From: Octopus sinensis | Taxonomy: Eukaryota | Length of the DNA stretch: 64,000 bases | Direction: 5' to 3' | NCBI RefSeq assembly: GCF_006345805.1 | Contig: NC_042998.1 | Coordinates: forward strand, 34,038,001-34,102,000 | In this document: piece after piece, positions 49,201 to 62,150 of the stretch | Numbering within the stretch: the stretch's first letter is position 1 | Layout: each line of letters starts with the position of its first letter | Made by a program: the position numbers and the translations under genes | Notes under the pieces: model-generated | What the model was told of the DNA's origin: nothing | The model's input: only the letters and a program-made list of their open reading frames with translations | The model's database searches: none

Positions 49201-52200
49201 GTGGAGCTGGACGAGTCACCCCATCCCTTCGAAAAAAAAAAAAAAAAAAACAAGCTTTCCGAATATGTTGGTCTTGTTTTTTCGCTTTAAAGGTAAACGA
49301 TTCTCAGTAAATTCCTAAGTTTTTGATGACGGAGATTCCGAATATGCAAAAAAATCACGTTTTTGAAATTTTAAATTCCTCCCACCAATTTTTTAATTAA
49401 CTTTTTTCGAAATGTGTGTAAACATATATACATACACATACATACTTGCATGTATGCATGAACGCACACGTATGAATTTATATCAAGACATTAAACTTTC
49501 TAATTTCAATTCTTAATTGCCGTTTGTATGCTCTCTGTTGCTTTTCAACTAAAGATCATTCATGTTGTTGTTGTTAAGCAACAAGACGGGTAAGGGCGAT
49601 TAGGTGATGGTCTAGGGCTTAGGGGCGGGAGACCCCCAAACCTTGGAAAAAAAAAAAAAACTTTGGTCGTCTTGTTGTAGTTGAGGGCTCTTCGTTGACG
49701 CCCGACACCACTGGGAGGTGGCCCTCGAAGTCTCTGGAAATGGAGATCTCCAGGTCCAAATTCTTGAACGGCAGATCATTCATTGGAGAAAGATGTTATT
49801 TAGAGATCCATTGTGATGATCCCAGAGTTTAACGTATTGACGAATGCATGTAGAGCGAGTTTTACAAAAGATAACGGCCAAAAACCGACTCCAGAACTTC
49901 CACACTTTTCCTGAGACATATTTGCTGAGATTTTATCCTCACTAAATTCCAGTTTGTTGCAAGTCATTTTAATTGTGCATGTTTTTCCCTTGTAAAGTGT
50001 CTTCTGTTCTGTTATTCAATTTTAGTTTTTTTTATCTATATGTTGAACTACTCAAATTAGATATTTTTGTAGATTTGGTACTATTTAAGAGTGCACACAC
50101 TTGCATTAGATAGTCATGACTAGTCGATCCTACAACGACTTACCTAGCAAAGTAAATAAAACACAAAATGAATAATTTTTTTACACGAAGTAAATAATTT
50201 TGGATCTTTTCATTTTGAAGGCCAGATTTTTCAGATTTTTCTAGTAAACTAAATAATTTGAAACTTCGTATACTGGTAGAATGTGTCAAAAGAAAACATT
50301 AATTTCAACTAGTTTTTTTGAGAAAAATGTATTTTATAAGTTTAAACGTAGTTCAAATCTGCGAATTTTAACCAATTGTATTGTCTGTTTTCATTTGAAA
50401 TTATTAACTGCATAGTGTTACTGTGACGTAGACAGCTATTTTGTGAAAATTTTAAACAGCGTGGGTAAGCAGTAAGCAAACAGCTGTGGTAGATGTGGTT
50501 ATCATGGCAGTGGTGGTGTAGTGGTGACAGTGGATGTGTATGATGGCAGCATTATAGTGTTGGTGTTTTTGTAGAGGTGGTGGTGGTGGCGGCGGCGGCA
50601 GTGGATGATGATAGTAGTAGTGGCATTGATTATGTTAGGATGTCTCAGTGGTGGTTGTGAAGATGATTCTGATATTGATAGTCTTTGCATTGAGGTGGTG
50701 GCAGAGTCAGAGTAAATAATAAGAGCCCAGTTAACACAAGATTCTTAAATTTCGGAGATCATAAGATAGAGAGCAAGAAGTTAAAAGTTCCAATACTGGC
50801 CCAATTCCTACACCCCAGATTCTTCAACTATTTTATAAGAAAGGGGTTAATAGCAGGATAGGGATTCAGCTTAAAAATAAATTGTATAACAAAAAATACA
50901 TAAATAAATTACTGCTCCAACGATGTAATTTTAATATGTGTGTATGTATGTGTGTGTGTGTGTGTATGGATCAAAACAGTTTGATTCAAATTCTGTGGTA
51001 CTTATATATTCATACATACATATACATGTAGATGTATATAACATATATATATATATTGTATGTAAACATCTTTTATAAATATATAATGTATGCATCTATA
51101 ATACACACACATTATAAATATATACACATATATGCATATGCATTAGAATATGTGTGTATAGGTGTATATATATATATGCATATGTTTGTATACATGTGTG
51201 TGTGTGGCTATTTAGGATCTACACAAATTTTATATATACTCCACGAAGTTTGAAAGTGTTTATTTTTTAAATCTGTAGGTCAAAAGGTAAAGATCCGGTA
51301 TTTTAAATTTTTGTTGCATTTCTAATCTTTCTGATGTCTAAGGATGGATATTTATGTGTATGAATCTTTTTCTTTTTATTTTGTTTCAAATATAATTCTA
51401 GGGAACTGAAAAAGCTGTGTACGATGCCAAGCGAATTTAGCTGTTTACGATAAGCGGATGTTTACATTTTAGCTATTTACATGTTTACGTTAACTACGTC
51501 ACAAAATAGCTGTTTACGTCACAGTAACAATATTTTGAGAGGCAGTAAATGATATGAAGTCGAAAGAAATACTATTGGTTAAAATTCGAATTATTAAACA
51601 ACGTTAAACTTAGAAATTACAATTCCGTTTTCATTTTGGTTTACAATTGTTTTCTTTTGACACATTCTACCAGTATACGAAGTTTCAAATTGTTTAGTTA
51701 ACTAGGAAAATCTGGCCTTCAAAATGAAAAGATCCAATTTTTTTAAACAAAGTAAATAAAACACAAAGTAAATAAATTTTAAAAACAAAGTAAATAAAAC
51801 ACAAAAAACACAAAAGATCGAATAGTCACGTCTAGCTAGCGCAGATGCGTGAGTACTCTTCTTAAGTAGTACCGTTGTACACTTTTTTTTTTTTTTTGCT
51901 CGGGTCAAGCACTTTAGTTTGACCTTGGAATTTTGTAAAGAAAAAATTTTTCCCAACTGTTATTTTCGAATTTGTTAGCAGATAATTAAAGAAGAAAAAC
52001 TAGAGATTTGGCTGTTATTTCACACGTCTAACTCATACCCTCCTCAGCTGTTCATTTTCAGTTAGCTGTAGATTGTTGAGCGCGCGCACCCTTTTTTTTT
52101 TTTGCTAAGAGGCGAGGGGTGTGTCGATTAAATTTAGAGTTTTTCATATAGAATTTGAAATTAATTCATTTTTTGTTTGCTATATTGTTAATTTACGTAT

Positions 52201-52416
52201 TTTTCCACGTAGATTGAAAAAAAAAAATTTGTTTTTTAAGTTAAAAATTAAAAAATTGTGGTGGTGGGGGAATTAAAAATTTTGAAAACGTGATTTTTTG
52301 CATCTTCGGAATCTCCATTTTCGAAAACCAAAGAATCACCAGAAAATTTTTTTTTAATGTCCGAAAGCTTGGTTTTGTGTGTGTGTTAGGGGGTGGTGAC
52401 TGTCGTCCAGCTCCAC
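49201..52416. mobile_element. Outer foldback: ~200 bp inverted arms, unclassified DNA transposon
   Basis: GTGGAGCTGGACGAGTCACCCC...GGAGATTCCGAATATGCAAAAAAATCACGTTT (49201-49420) versus AAACGTGATTTTTTGCATCTTCGGAATCTCC...GGTGACTGTCGTCCAGCTCCAC (~52250-52416); no TSD seen. Confidence 0.65.
50202..51735. mobile_element. Inner foldback with ~250 bp TIRs (same superfamily as 6459-7752)
   Basis: GGATCTTTTCATTTTGAAGGCCAGATTTT / AAAATCTGGCCTTCAAAATGAAAAGATCC; shares AAACTTCGTATACTGGTAGAATGTGT; flanks aataatttt / aattttttt. Confidence 0.8.
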
Positions 52417-53204
52417 GGTTTCAATTCTCTCCAAAACAAAAACACGATTGAATTTAATGAATTATATAATAATTATGATTGAAATACATTATTTCATAAT
52501 TCAAAAGTTGATAATAAAAACACTACATACTCATTAATATATATCACGCTTACAAGCTATAATGTAAACATACAAGTAATTAATAATAAAAAAAAATTTA
52601 TAAATAGGAACTAATAAATAATAATGAAATTTTTGTATACAGTGCTCAGGTGCACCACAACAATAATTGTAATAAATGTATACTTGTAATTAACTGTTAT
52701 TATAAAACTTTGCGACGATTAAAGCCAAATTAGAACTGTTTAAAAGATAACAAAATTACGAAGTTTTGTCAATGAACAGGTCGCCGTCTCAAAGCGACGA
52801 AAATATTTTGACAAATTAAATGTATATGTTGAAGTGAATCTAAAATTACAAAAACACTTACATGTTTTTCTAAACCACATGGTTCATTACTTTCAGAACT
52901 CAAAAGATTATCTTAACTGTAGATGACGTAGTACGCAATAACTATTTGGTTAATTGTCTCAAACAATATTGGTGACGTAGCAAGCAAATAACTTGAATCA
53001 TTAACATTCTAAATCTTTACAAATATTTACTAAGTGGAAGACTAGAAACTGCCCCATATGTATTTAAAATTTAAAGTCTACCACCTAAACAGCGATTAAA
53101 AGTTTTAACCAAACTAACCACATCTATACCCTAGTTTTATTAAATGTCTTAACAGCTTATTTATTGTATACCAAAATGTTTTTAGCATTATTAATAATAG
53201 TACT

Positions 53205-54170
53205 CATCATCATCATCATCGTTTAACGTCCGCTTTCCATGCTAGCATGGATTGGATGATTGGACTGAGGGCTGGCGAACCAGATGGCTGCACCAGGCTC
53301 CAATCTTGATCTGGCAGAGTTTCTACAGCTGGATGCTCTTCCTAACGCCAACCACTCTGAGTGTAGTGGGTGCTTTTACATGCCACCAGCACGAGGGCCA
53401 GTCAGGCGGTACTGGCAATGACCTCACTCAAATGTTTTTTCACGTGCCAGTAAGGCAACGCTCGAATGGTGCTTTTTACATGCCACCGGCACAGAAGCCA
53501 GTCAGCTGCTCTGGCAACGATCATGCTCGGATCGTGCTCTTAGCACTCTAGCACAGATGCCAGGCATCGAATTTGATTTCGATTTCACTTGCCTCAACAG
53601 ATCTTCGCAAGCAGAGTTTAGTGTCCAATGAAAGAAAGGTATGCATAAGTGGGCTGGTTGCACCCCTGGCATTGGTTATGGTTTCACTTGGCTTGCCGGG
53701 TCTTCTCAAGCACAGCATATTTCCAAAGGTCTCAGTCACTAGTCATTGCCTCGGTGAGGTCTAATGTTCAAAGGTTGTGCTTCACCACTTTATCCCAGGT
53801 CCTAGGTTGTGTCACTTTTTCACACAGCTATCCTCATCCATTCTCACCACATGACCATACCAGCGCAGTCGTCTCTCTTGCACACCACATCTGATGCTTC
53901 TTAGGTCCAACATTTCTCTCAAGGTACTTACACTCTGTTGAGTATGCACACTGACATTACACATCCATCAGAGCATACTGGCTTCATTCCCTGCGAGCTT
54001 ATGCATGTCCTCAGTAGTCACAGCCCATGTTTCACTGCCATGTAGCATGGCTGTTCGTACACATGTGTCATACAGTCTACCTTTTATTCTGAGCAAGAGG
54101 CCCTTTGTCACCAGCAGAGGTAAGAGCTCTCTGAACTTTGCCCTGAATTAGTTCTTAGCTGCTAGTACTA
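53205..54170 (-). mobile_element. 3' end of RTE LINE (same family as 11530-16130) with its (ATG)n tail
   Basis: Thumb-region similarity to 12740-13140, continuous with the short-element 3' UTR. Confidence 0.88.
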
Positions 54171-54254
54171 TATCTGACTATTTGCCCTGCAAAAACACCA
54201 TAACCAATAAAAGAAGGAATTCTACAACTGAACCATGGGATTGAAGCCACTTGG

Positions 54255-54863
54255 TGTGTTGGAGTGCTTATGTCCCCATAACTTAGATGTTCAGCAAAAG
54301 AGGCCCATAAAATTATGTACCAGGTTTAAAGAAGAATAAGTACTGGGATCAAGTCATTCGGCTTAAAATTCTGCAAGGCTATGCTCCAGCATGGCCACAT
54401 TCTGCCCCGGCACGGCTGCAGTCTAATGACTGAAACAAGTAAAAGATAAAAGATACACACAAAGTGGCTGTGTGGTAAGTAGCTTGCTTACAAACCACAT
54501 GGTTCCGAGTTCAGTCCCACTGTGTGGCATCTTGGGCAAGTGTCTTCTACTATAGCCTTGGGTCGACCAAAGCCTTGTGAGTGGATTTGGTAGATGGAAA
54601 CTGAAAGAAGCTTGTCGTATATATGTATGTGTGTGTGTGTGTATATATGTTTGTGTCTGTGTTTGTCCTCCCAACATCGCTTGACAACCGATGCTGGTGT
54701 ATTTACGTTCCCATAACTTAGCGGTTTTGGCAAAAGAGACCGATAGTATAAGTACTAGGCTTACAAAGAATTAGTCCTGGGGTCGATTTGCTCGACTAAA
54801 GACGGTGCTCCAGCATGGCCACAGTCAACTGACTGAAACAAGTATAAGAGTAAAGAGTAAAAG

Positions 54864-54866
<3 letters not shown>
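54255..54866 (+). mobile_element. SINE family A: 3' half (54255-54452) plus full copy (54462-54866)
   Basis: Family signature sequence. Confidence 0.88.
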
Positions 54867-54899
<33 letters not shown>

Positions 54900-55117
54900 C
54901 ATATACAAAGGGGTGCTGAAAAGTTCCTGGCTTTAAGGGGATTGTGAAAGGCCTGGGTTGGAGGCCCAACCATTACCAAGTTTTTTACAGGGCTTAGAAA
55001 AACTGAAGGACCACTGCAATAAGTGTGTGAATCTGAGAGGGGAATATGTTGAATAAAATCATAATTAACTGATCCTCCTGTATTTTCTTTTACTCAATGC
55101 CAGGAACCTTTCACCAC

Positions 55118-55185
<68 letters not shown>

Positions 55186-55634
55186 GACACAGTGTGTGCA
55201 TGTGTTTCAGATATTTATTTTGGGTGGTAACTTGCTATGACGTTGAATATGAGACAAAGTATACAAAAGAGGCATCCCCTGCTGGCATGTAGTCTAAGAT
55301 ATTTGGGGGAAATATATTACTGGCTGTCATGGCATTCATTACTTCTGAAAAGACATTTTAATCTGAAGAACGGTGGAAATAGCTTCAAGTGTGTATTGAA
55401 AGTTATACACCTTTGAGTTGCTCAAGGATTTTCTCTCAAACATTTAAAGCTGGTGACTCAGCAATGATACACAGCCAGCTTCTCTCTCCTTCCCGTTATT
55501 GCATGGGGTGGTTTGAAGATATTAACGAGGAACAGGGTCTATTATCAACAATATTAGAGAAAGGAAATACTTCAAGGGAGTGCTCTGTGTACTACATACA
55601 AATATGAAAGTTTCACATATGTAATAAAGATTTT

Positions 55635-55940
55635 GTCATCATCATCACCATCATTTAATATCTGCTTTCCATGCTGGCATGGGTTGGATGGCTTGACTGG
55701 CAGCAAGGCCACAAGCCACACAATGGTACTATTGTCTGTTTTGGCATGGTTAGGTTTAGTTAGATGCCCTTCCTAATGCCAACGACTTTACAGAGTGTAC
55801 TGGGTGTCTTTTTTATTTAGAGCCAGCATCAGCACTTTTCACATGGCATCATCACCAATGCTTTTAATGTGGAACCATCACCAGTGCTTTTTACGTGACA
55901 CCAGAACCAGTGCTTTTTACATGGCACCAACACCGTCAGG
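55635..55940 (-). mobile_element. Short RTE-tail element, diverged
   Basis: (CAT)n plus TTTCCATGCTGGCATGGG; ~19 bp internal repeats. Confidence 0.78.
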
Positions 55941-56259
55941 GTGACCCAGTTCCTTGCAAACCAAAAGCCTCTCAACAGGGAGATGGACAGTGGCATTGAA
56001 GACAGGTAACTTTAATAAAGTGAGTTTGAAAATTACAATGAACTGAAATTATTCATACTGTTGGTGGATAAAAACCAAATTTGCTTCCTTACGGTACTTT
56101 CTGTATTTCTCAAACAATTTAATTGATTTTTTTTGGAACATGCAAATTAGCTAGTTAGAAAATCTCTATAAAAGATGAAAAAAGCAACTATAATGAGAAG
56201 TAATGCTTATCACCACATCAATATATCTGTTCTGTAGGAACCGACATTATTGCCTTTTC

Positions 56260-56566
56260 AAGGACACCTCCTCCAACTGATTGGTTAATAGAATCTGCAC
56301 CCAGTATATATTGCAAGCAGGGTGGAATTTTCGGTAGCCTGACACGATTGAAGCCATATATCGTGGCACATGTGGTCCCTGTATTTATTCCACAACGAAG
56401 GCGCGTTAACCAAGTTGCAGAAAACCAACATAATGGCGAATAGATGACGAATCTTCGACGGAGATCAACAGAGAAACGCTTCTTCAAGCGTACTGTCATA
56501 ATGATTGTCCGTATCGATGAGTCCCCGTTTAAAACAGGCGTCCTTGAATGTCTTGCATAATCGACC
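56260..56566 (-). pseudogene. Helitron RepHel fragment (linker upstream of helicase)
   Basis: Frame shifted from the tracked ORF: GRLCKTFKDACFKRGLIDTDNHYDSTLEEAFLC*SPSKIRHLFAIMLVFCNLVNAPSLWNKYRDHMCHD, matching TF.EAC..GL..D..W..TL.EA...IR.LFAI.L..C....LW.KY. Confidence 0.88.
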
Positions 56567-56881
56567 ATATAAAGTTATATACCAGAAGCGAAGTAGAATC
56601 AATTTTAATGTAAACCGGGTAGAATAAAACGAAAATATAACCTCACAAAATATTCCGCCATAAAATCATGTTGGTCAAAAACACCAGGAATAGAATATTT
56701 TTAAGTGTTTGATTTATAGACTAACCCTTAAATGAACTTTTCCGTAATATTGTTAACGTAATGACATAGTTTCAAGTATAAACTTCATGAGCAAAACGAT
56801 AAATAGTACAAAGTCAAATGTTAAACTTAACATAGAAATAGTTTAGGAATTGTTGGTTGTGAAATATGGAAAAAAAAAATA

Positions 56882-57637
56882 GGCGATCTTTTGTCTCTAG
56901 TAGACCTTTCCGTCGATTTCCGTAAAAATTTTTTTTTTTTTTACATATGGGCTTGCGGGAACTTTTGAAGTAATATACATACATATACACATACACCGAG
57001 TAAAAAATTTCGGCGATGTTTCGGTTGTCGTAGCACATGTTTCCGTCGATTTCCGTAAAAAATGTAAACACTGAATCGGCCATACATACATACATACATA
57101 CATACTTACACACACACATACATAGATACGTACACACACACACACACATACATAGATACATACACACACACACATACATGCATACATACATATACACATA
57201 CACCGAGTAAAAAATTTCAGTTATCTCTCTCTTTCACACATTACTCTCTCTGTCTCTTCGCACACACTAACAGAAGCACTTCACTTACACAACATACTGT
57301 CTGTCTCCCACACCCCATCAAACACATACACACGGGGACTTCAAAGAGAAAACATCGCCAAAATTTCAGTTATCCCTTTCTTTCACACATACTAACAGAA
57401 GCACTTCACTTACACAACATACTGTCTGTCTCCCACACCCCATCAAACACACACACACACATGTACATCAATGCTTCCCATGCACGGTAACTTCAAAAGA
57501 ATTTCCCTCGTCATACAATCGCTTTCTCTTAGTCTCTTTCGCTCTCATTACTTCAAAAGTTCCCGCAAGCCCATATGTAAAAAAAAAAAATTTTTACGGA
57601 AATCGACGGAAAGGTCTACTAGAGACGAAAGATTGCC
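56882..57637. repeat. ~92 bp near-perfect inverted repeat with a 570 bp patchwork spacer
   Basis: 56882-56974 versus 57547-57637; about two substitutions plus a poly-T length difference. Confidence 0.9.
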
Positions 57638-58725
57638 AAAAAATAATCTCAAGGAAACGTACCTTTTATTTCAAGTGCAAAGAGTGAAAATAAATTCGAG
57701 TGAAACCAAAAATTTTACAGTAATTGACAGTTTACTTATTGAAACAACGCCTTACGTTTCTCATTTAAAATTTTTATTATCATACGGCTGTATATGACCC
57801 CATTTCATATTATATTGTCCCCTCTATGTATATCTTTTATAGGCAATAAAAAAAAAAAACGCAACGCCTTACGTTTGTAAAGAGGAATGCAATAAAAACG
57901 AAATACCAATAAGTGTGATAATGCTTTCGTTTTTTTACAACCCTTACCCACGTTTGAACTACCTGCATTATTTTCTACAAACAATTTAGGTGAATAACGC
58001 ACATTTTTTAGCGCCTGTTAAAGTTATTATCAACTTAAAAAAAGATACATTTATTATTTTACTTCCTATAAAAAACGTCTATATAAGAAAAAAATTGTCG
58101 ACTATAAAAGATAACAAAATGACCGCCCTAACGTGACCAACCAATGTAAAAAAAAACCTTTCGAAAATTTACTTAAGAAAACGAATATGTCCAGCAATAA
58201 AAAACGTCGACGATCTTTCAGTACATGTACCATAACTGCCAATTATAAACCCACGTGGGTTTATTTACATTTCTGAAGAAAAAAGAAACCTTTTCCCCCC
58301 ACCCTAACCCTAACCCTAATCCCACATATATAAAAAAAAAAACTTTACAGAGAGTGACGATCTTCTTCAAATGCAAACAAACACACGTGGAAGTTATGGT
58401 ACTTGTACCGAAAGATCGCCAAAACGTCTTGTTTTCATGGCTAATTACTGCATCATTTTCGTGCAATCTTTGCATGCACTTAACAACTGATTGAGTAAAG
58501 CTCACATGCGAGTACAACTCATCTCACGTCTCACACTGCTCAACAGGCCCCAATATCGATTTTCAAAAAAATAAGTAGATGCAGTCCTTGCTTGATGGCA
58601 GATGAACCTCTGTGTAACATTTCAAAGAATTTGGAGGAAAGAATCAGAAGATAATTGCAGTCGTATGGAATTGTCCACACACACACACACAGAGAAAACT
58701 TCAGCTTTATATATATAAGATTACT

Positions 58726-58941
58726 CCTGTTCATTCAGCTGTAGAAATGAGTTGCAATGTCACTGGTGCCAAGCTGTATTGGCCTCTGCTTTTTCCTTGG
58801 ATAAGCATCAGTGGTGTGGAGAGGAGAGGCTGGTATGCATGGGTGACTGCCAGTCTTCCATAAACAACCTTGCCCGGACTTGTGCTTTGGAGGGGATCTT
58901 ACTAGGTGCAACCCCATGGTTATTCATGACTGAAGGGGGTC
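58726..58941 (+). mobile_element. SINE family B, 5'-truncated
   Basis: CAGCTGTAGAAATGAGTTGC...GACTGAAGGGGGTC. Confidence 0.85.
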
Positions 58942-59333
58942 TTTACTTTTTTGTTATTATCTTCATCATCATGTGACTTCTCAGAACTCTTGATTTCACT
59001 TGCTCTGGCCAATTCTGTAAGGGTAGACAACAACCTGTTGTCAAGGATCTCACAAGATCTTCTTCAACGATACTTAATATCCAAGTACAAATCTCATAAT
59101 CCTCTCTACCCACAACTGAGCAGTTTTCTGAGCATGTTCTACCCTCATGTCAATACCAGTTTCTCCAACAAACTTTCAAACCTGGTTGTTAATGGTCCCA
59201 GTGTCCCAACAACTACCTGGATGTTAATTCCTTTCTTCCTTGCCCACATTTGTGCAATCTCGTCTTTTAGTGGCTTCTTGTATTTCTCAGTGGTTACTGG
59301 TTCTTTTACGACTGTCGTAATTATATTTATTAC

Positions 59334-60343
59334 TTATTTCTTTATTACCCACAAGGGGCTAAACACAGAGGGGACAAACAAGGACAAACAAACGGATTAA
59401 GTCGATTATATCGATTCCAGTATTCAGATCTTTTCGGTTTGAACGGCAGTTTTTTCTAGCAGTGTCATATGAAATTGTCACCCATAATTATGACCCTAGT
59501 ATCAATCTATTGCATTTCAATCTATTTTAGAGTTAGGGTTAGGGTTAGATTAAGGTTAGGGGTGGGGGGAAGGGTATCTTTTTTCTTCAGAAATGTAAAT
59601 AAACCCAATCTGTTTCTTAAACGAGGGACATATTCATATGGCACAGAATGTTTTCACCTCAATAGACGTCATTGATTGATTGAAATTGCAGAAATTAAAG
59701 AAGAAAAACAACAAATATCTTACAAACTATAGAATTTTCTCAATTAAGCCAAGAGAAAAAGATGTTTTATAAACACATTCTACCAGTATACGAAGTTTAA
59801 AAGTGTTTAGTTACGTGGAAATTATTTTTTAAAAACTGCCGTTCAAACCGAAAAGATCCCAGTATTCATCTGATACTTAATTTATCAACCCTGAAAGGAT
59901 GAAAGACAAAGTCGACCTCGGCAGAATTTGAACTCAGAACGTAATGGCAGACGAACTACCTATTTCTTTACTACCCACAAGGAGCTAAACACAGAGAGGA
60001 CAAACAGGGACAGACAAAGGGATTAAGCTGATTACATCGACCCCAGTGCATAACTGGTACTTAATTTATCGACCCCAAAAGGACCTCGGCAGAATTTGAA
60101 CTCAGAACGTAATGGCAGACGAAATACCTATTTCTTAATTACCCACAAGGAGCTAAACACAGAGAGGACAAACAGGGACAGACAAAGGGATTAAGCTGAT
60201 TACATCGACCCCAGTGCATAACTGGTACTTAATTTATCGACCCCAAAAGGACCTCGGCAGAATTTGAACTCAGAACGTAACGGCAGACGAAATACGGCTA
60301 CGCATTTCGTCCGGCGTGCTAACGACTCTGCCAGCTTGCTGCC
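59334..60343 (-). mobile_element. SINE family D head-to-tail trimer
   Basis: Units at 59334-59958 (split by a MITE), 59959-60126 and 60127-60343 (168 bp period); tRNA head only on the last. Confidence 0.88.
59427..59858. mobile_element. MITE with perfect 28 bp TIR and 8-10 bp TSD (MULE-like)
   Basis: GATCTTTTCGGTTTGAACGGCAGTTTTT / AAAAACTGCCGTTCAAACCGAAAAGATC; CCAGTATTCA on both flanks. Confidence 0.9.
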
Positions 60344-61224
60344 TTAATTATATTTATTACTAGTGTTATAATTATGTTACAATTATAACGGGAGAAAACG
60401 AAGTACCGATGGTGGAGGTAGAAAAGGAAGTAGAATGTGCAATTTGTTAATAAAAGTAAATTTTACTAATTCATAAAATTAATTCCATTACAATTAGTCG
60501 TAAGCCTAACAGAAAACCATTTGATAGCCGGAATGTGCTTTAGAACAAGCTTTTCCTCATTTTCTTTCCATGTTTCCTGACTTTCCATGTATTACGAATC
60601 TTCGGTCTTCATGTATTAAACTACATGTTGCCTAAATGTATTTAAAATCCTAAACTCTGATAAATCTAATAAAAAATATGCTTTAAGTCACAAAACATTA
60701 ACATAAGCAACAAAAAAAAAATAATAATAAGCAAAACAAAAAAATCCCAGCAAACAAATGCAGCGTCTAATTTTATTTTTTTTATTTGTTTTGCATATAA
60801 TTTTTATTACTTTTTATTGCATTATTTATTTACTTGTTTATATTGTTTGTTGCTTACAAAGTAATTCAATTAATTTGGTTAATCAAATGCCAAATATTTA
60901 TATATTTTTAAATTTGTTCGTTAATTTAGAATGATTAAGATGTAAGAGATCGTATTATACAACAACAGGAACAAGAACAGCAACAACAGCAACCATGTCA
61001 GCAGAAAACAAAATATAAAAAAAAAACCCACAAATAAACAAAAACACTGACTATAAATAAGTTAGAATCAGTAAAAATGGTTTAAAGAAAAACAACAGAG
61101 CTGAAATTTCCAGAACACCATAAATAACAGTAGCAATATAAGCGAAAGAGAGAGAGCTTTCAGCTGCCAGAAATAACAGCTGTATCTCCCTCAAATCACA
61201 TCATAAATACTTATATAAAATAAG

Positions 61225-61545
61225 AAAACTGGCACTCCTTCAGTTCCAGAGTTCCAGTTGATTTGGTCAATGGTACAGCCTGCTCGTGAAATTAACATGC
61301 AAGTGACTGAGCGCTCCACAGACATGCATACCCTTAACATAGTTCTCAAGGAGATTCAGGGTGACACAAGAGTGTGACAAGGCTGGCCCTTTTTGAAACA
61401 CAGGTGCAACTTGTTTCTGCCAGCTGAGTGGATTGGAGCAACATGAAATAAGGTGTCTCGCTCAGGGATTCAAGGCACTGCCAGGAATTGAACCAATGAC
61501 CTGATAATCATGAGCCAAATACCTAAACCACTAAGCCATGTACCT
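61225..61545 (-). mobile_element. CORE-type SINE carrying tail T1
   Basis: Minus strand: GGCTTAGTGGTTTAGG head, CTTGAGCGAGACACCTTATTTCATGTTGCTCCAATCCACTCAGCTG core, then AAAGGGCCAGCCTTGTCAC... as in 16146. Confidence 0.75.
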
Positions 61546-62150
61546 TTAGGTTACACTACCCTATGTACCTCTTAAATCATAGATCCACTGTACCAGGACT
61601 GAACAGGGTTAAACAACAGCAACAACTTTCTACTCTAGGCACAAGGCACATGGTGCTTATTGTGTGCCACCAGCACAGGAGCCAGCCAGGTGACACTGGC
61701 ATTGGTCATGTTCGGATGGTGCTTTATACAAGTCCCTAGCACAGATCACGTTGTATAGCCAGCTAGAGACGATGCCTCCTGGGGCTAAATTACAGCAACA
61801 TTCATCCTAAACCAGGACTGCCATGTTATGTTGGCAAACAATCTTTACTCCAAAGTACTGTTGCTGAATATCTCTAGCTGTGAGATTTAAAAATAGTAAT
61901 TTTCTTATTAATTATTTCTCTTATATCGAAAAGAATGGGGTCATTATAGGGACAACTGAATTTTCGGAAGTGAAAAGTACTAAGAATGGTCAAACTAACC
62001 AACAATTATTAGTACATAAGCACATGCATGATATCAAGCGTCCTCAATTGGTAAAAGCACAAAACTGGTGCCTGCTCGGATATTATATCCCTAACAAGAA
62101 AAATTTTTTAGAAGAAATTTTTTGTAAACAGGTTTATACATACATATATG

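Larger units (their letters stand above)
56200..58720 (-). mobile_element. Internally rearranged Helitron remnant
   Basis: 5' end A|TCTTATATATATAAAGCTGAAGTT at 58720, similar to 39519 and 42839, plus a RepHel fragment; no 3' hairpin-CTAG found, so linkage of the two parts is inferred. Confidence 0.55.

Noticed and set aside
55389-55607. 72 aa ORF in unique sequence as a host exon
   Set aside because: No usable acceptor/donor pair on plus, the minus-strand exon candidate has stops in all three frames, and no motif was recognised.
59530-59560. Telomere or chromosome-end signature
   Set aside because: Only two to three TTAGGG units, embedded within a MITE.
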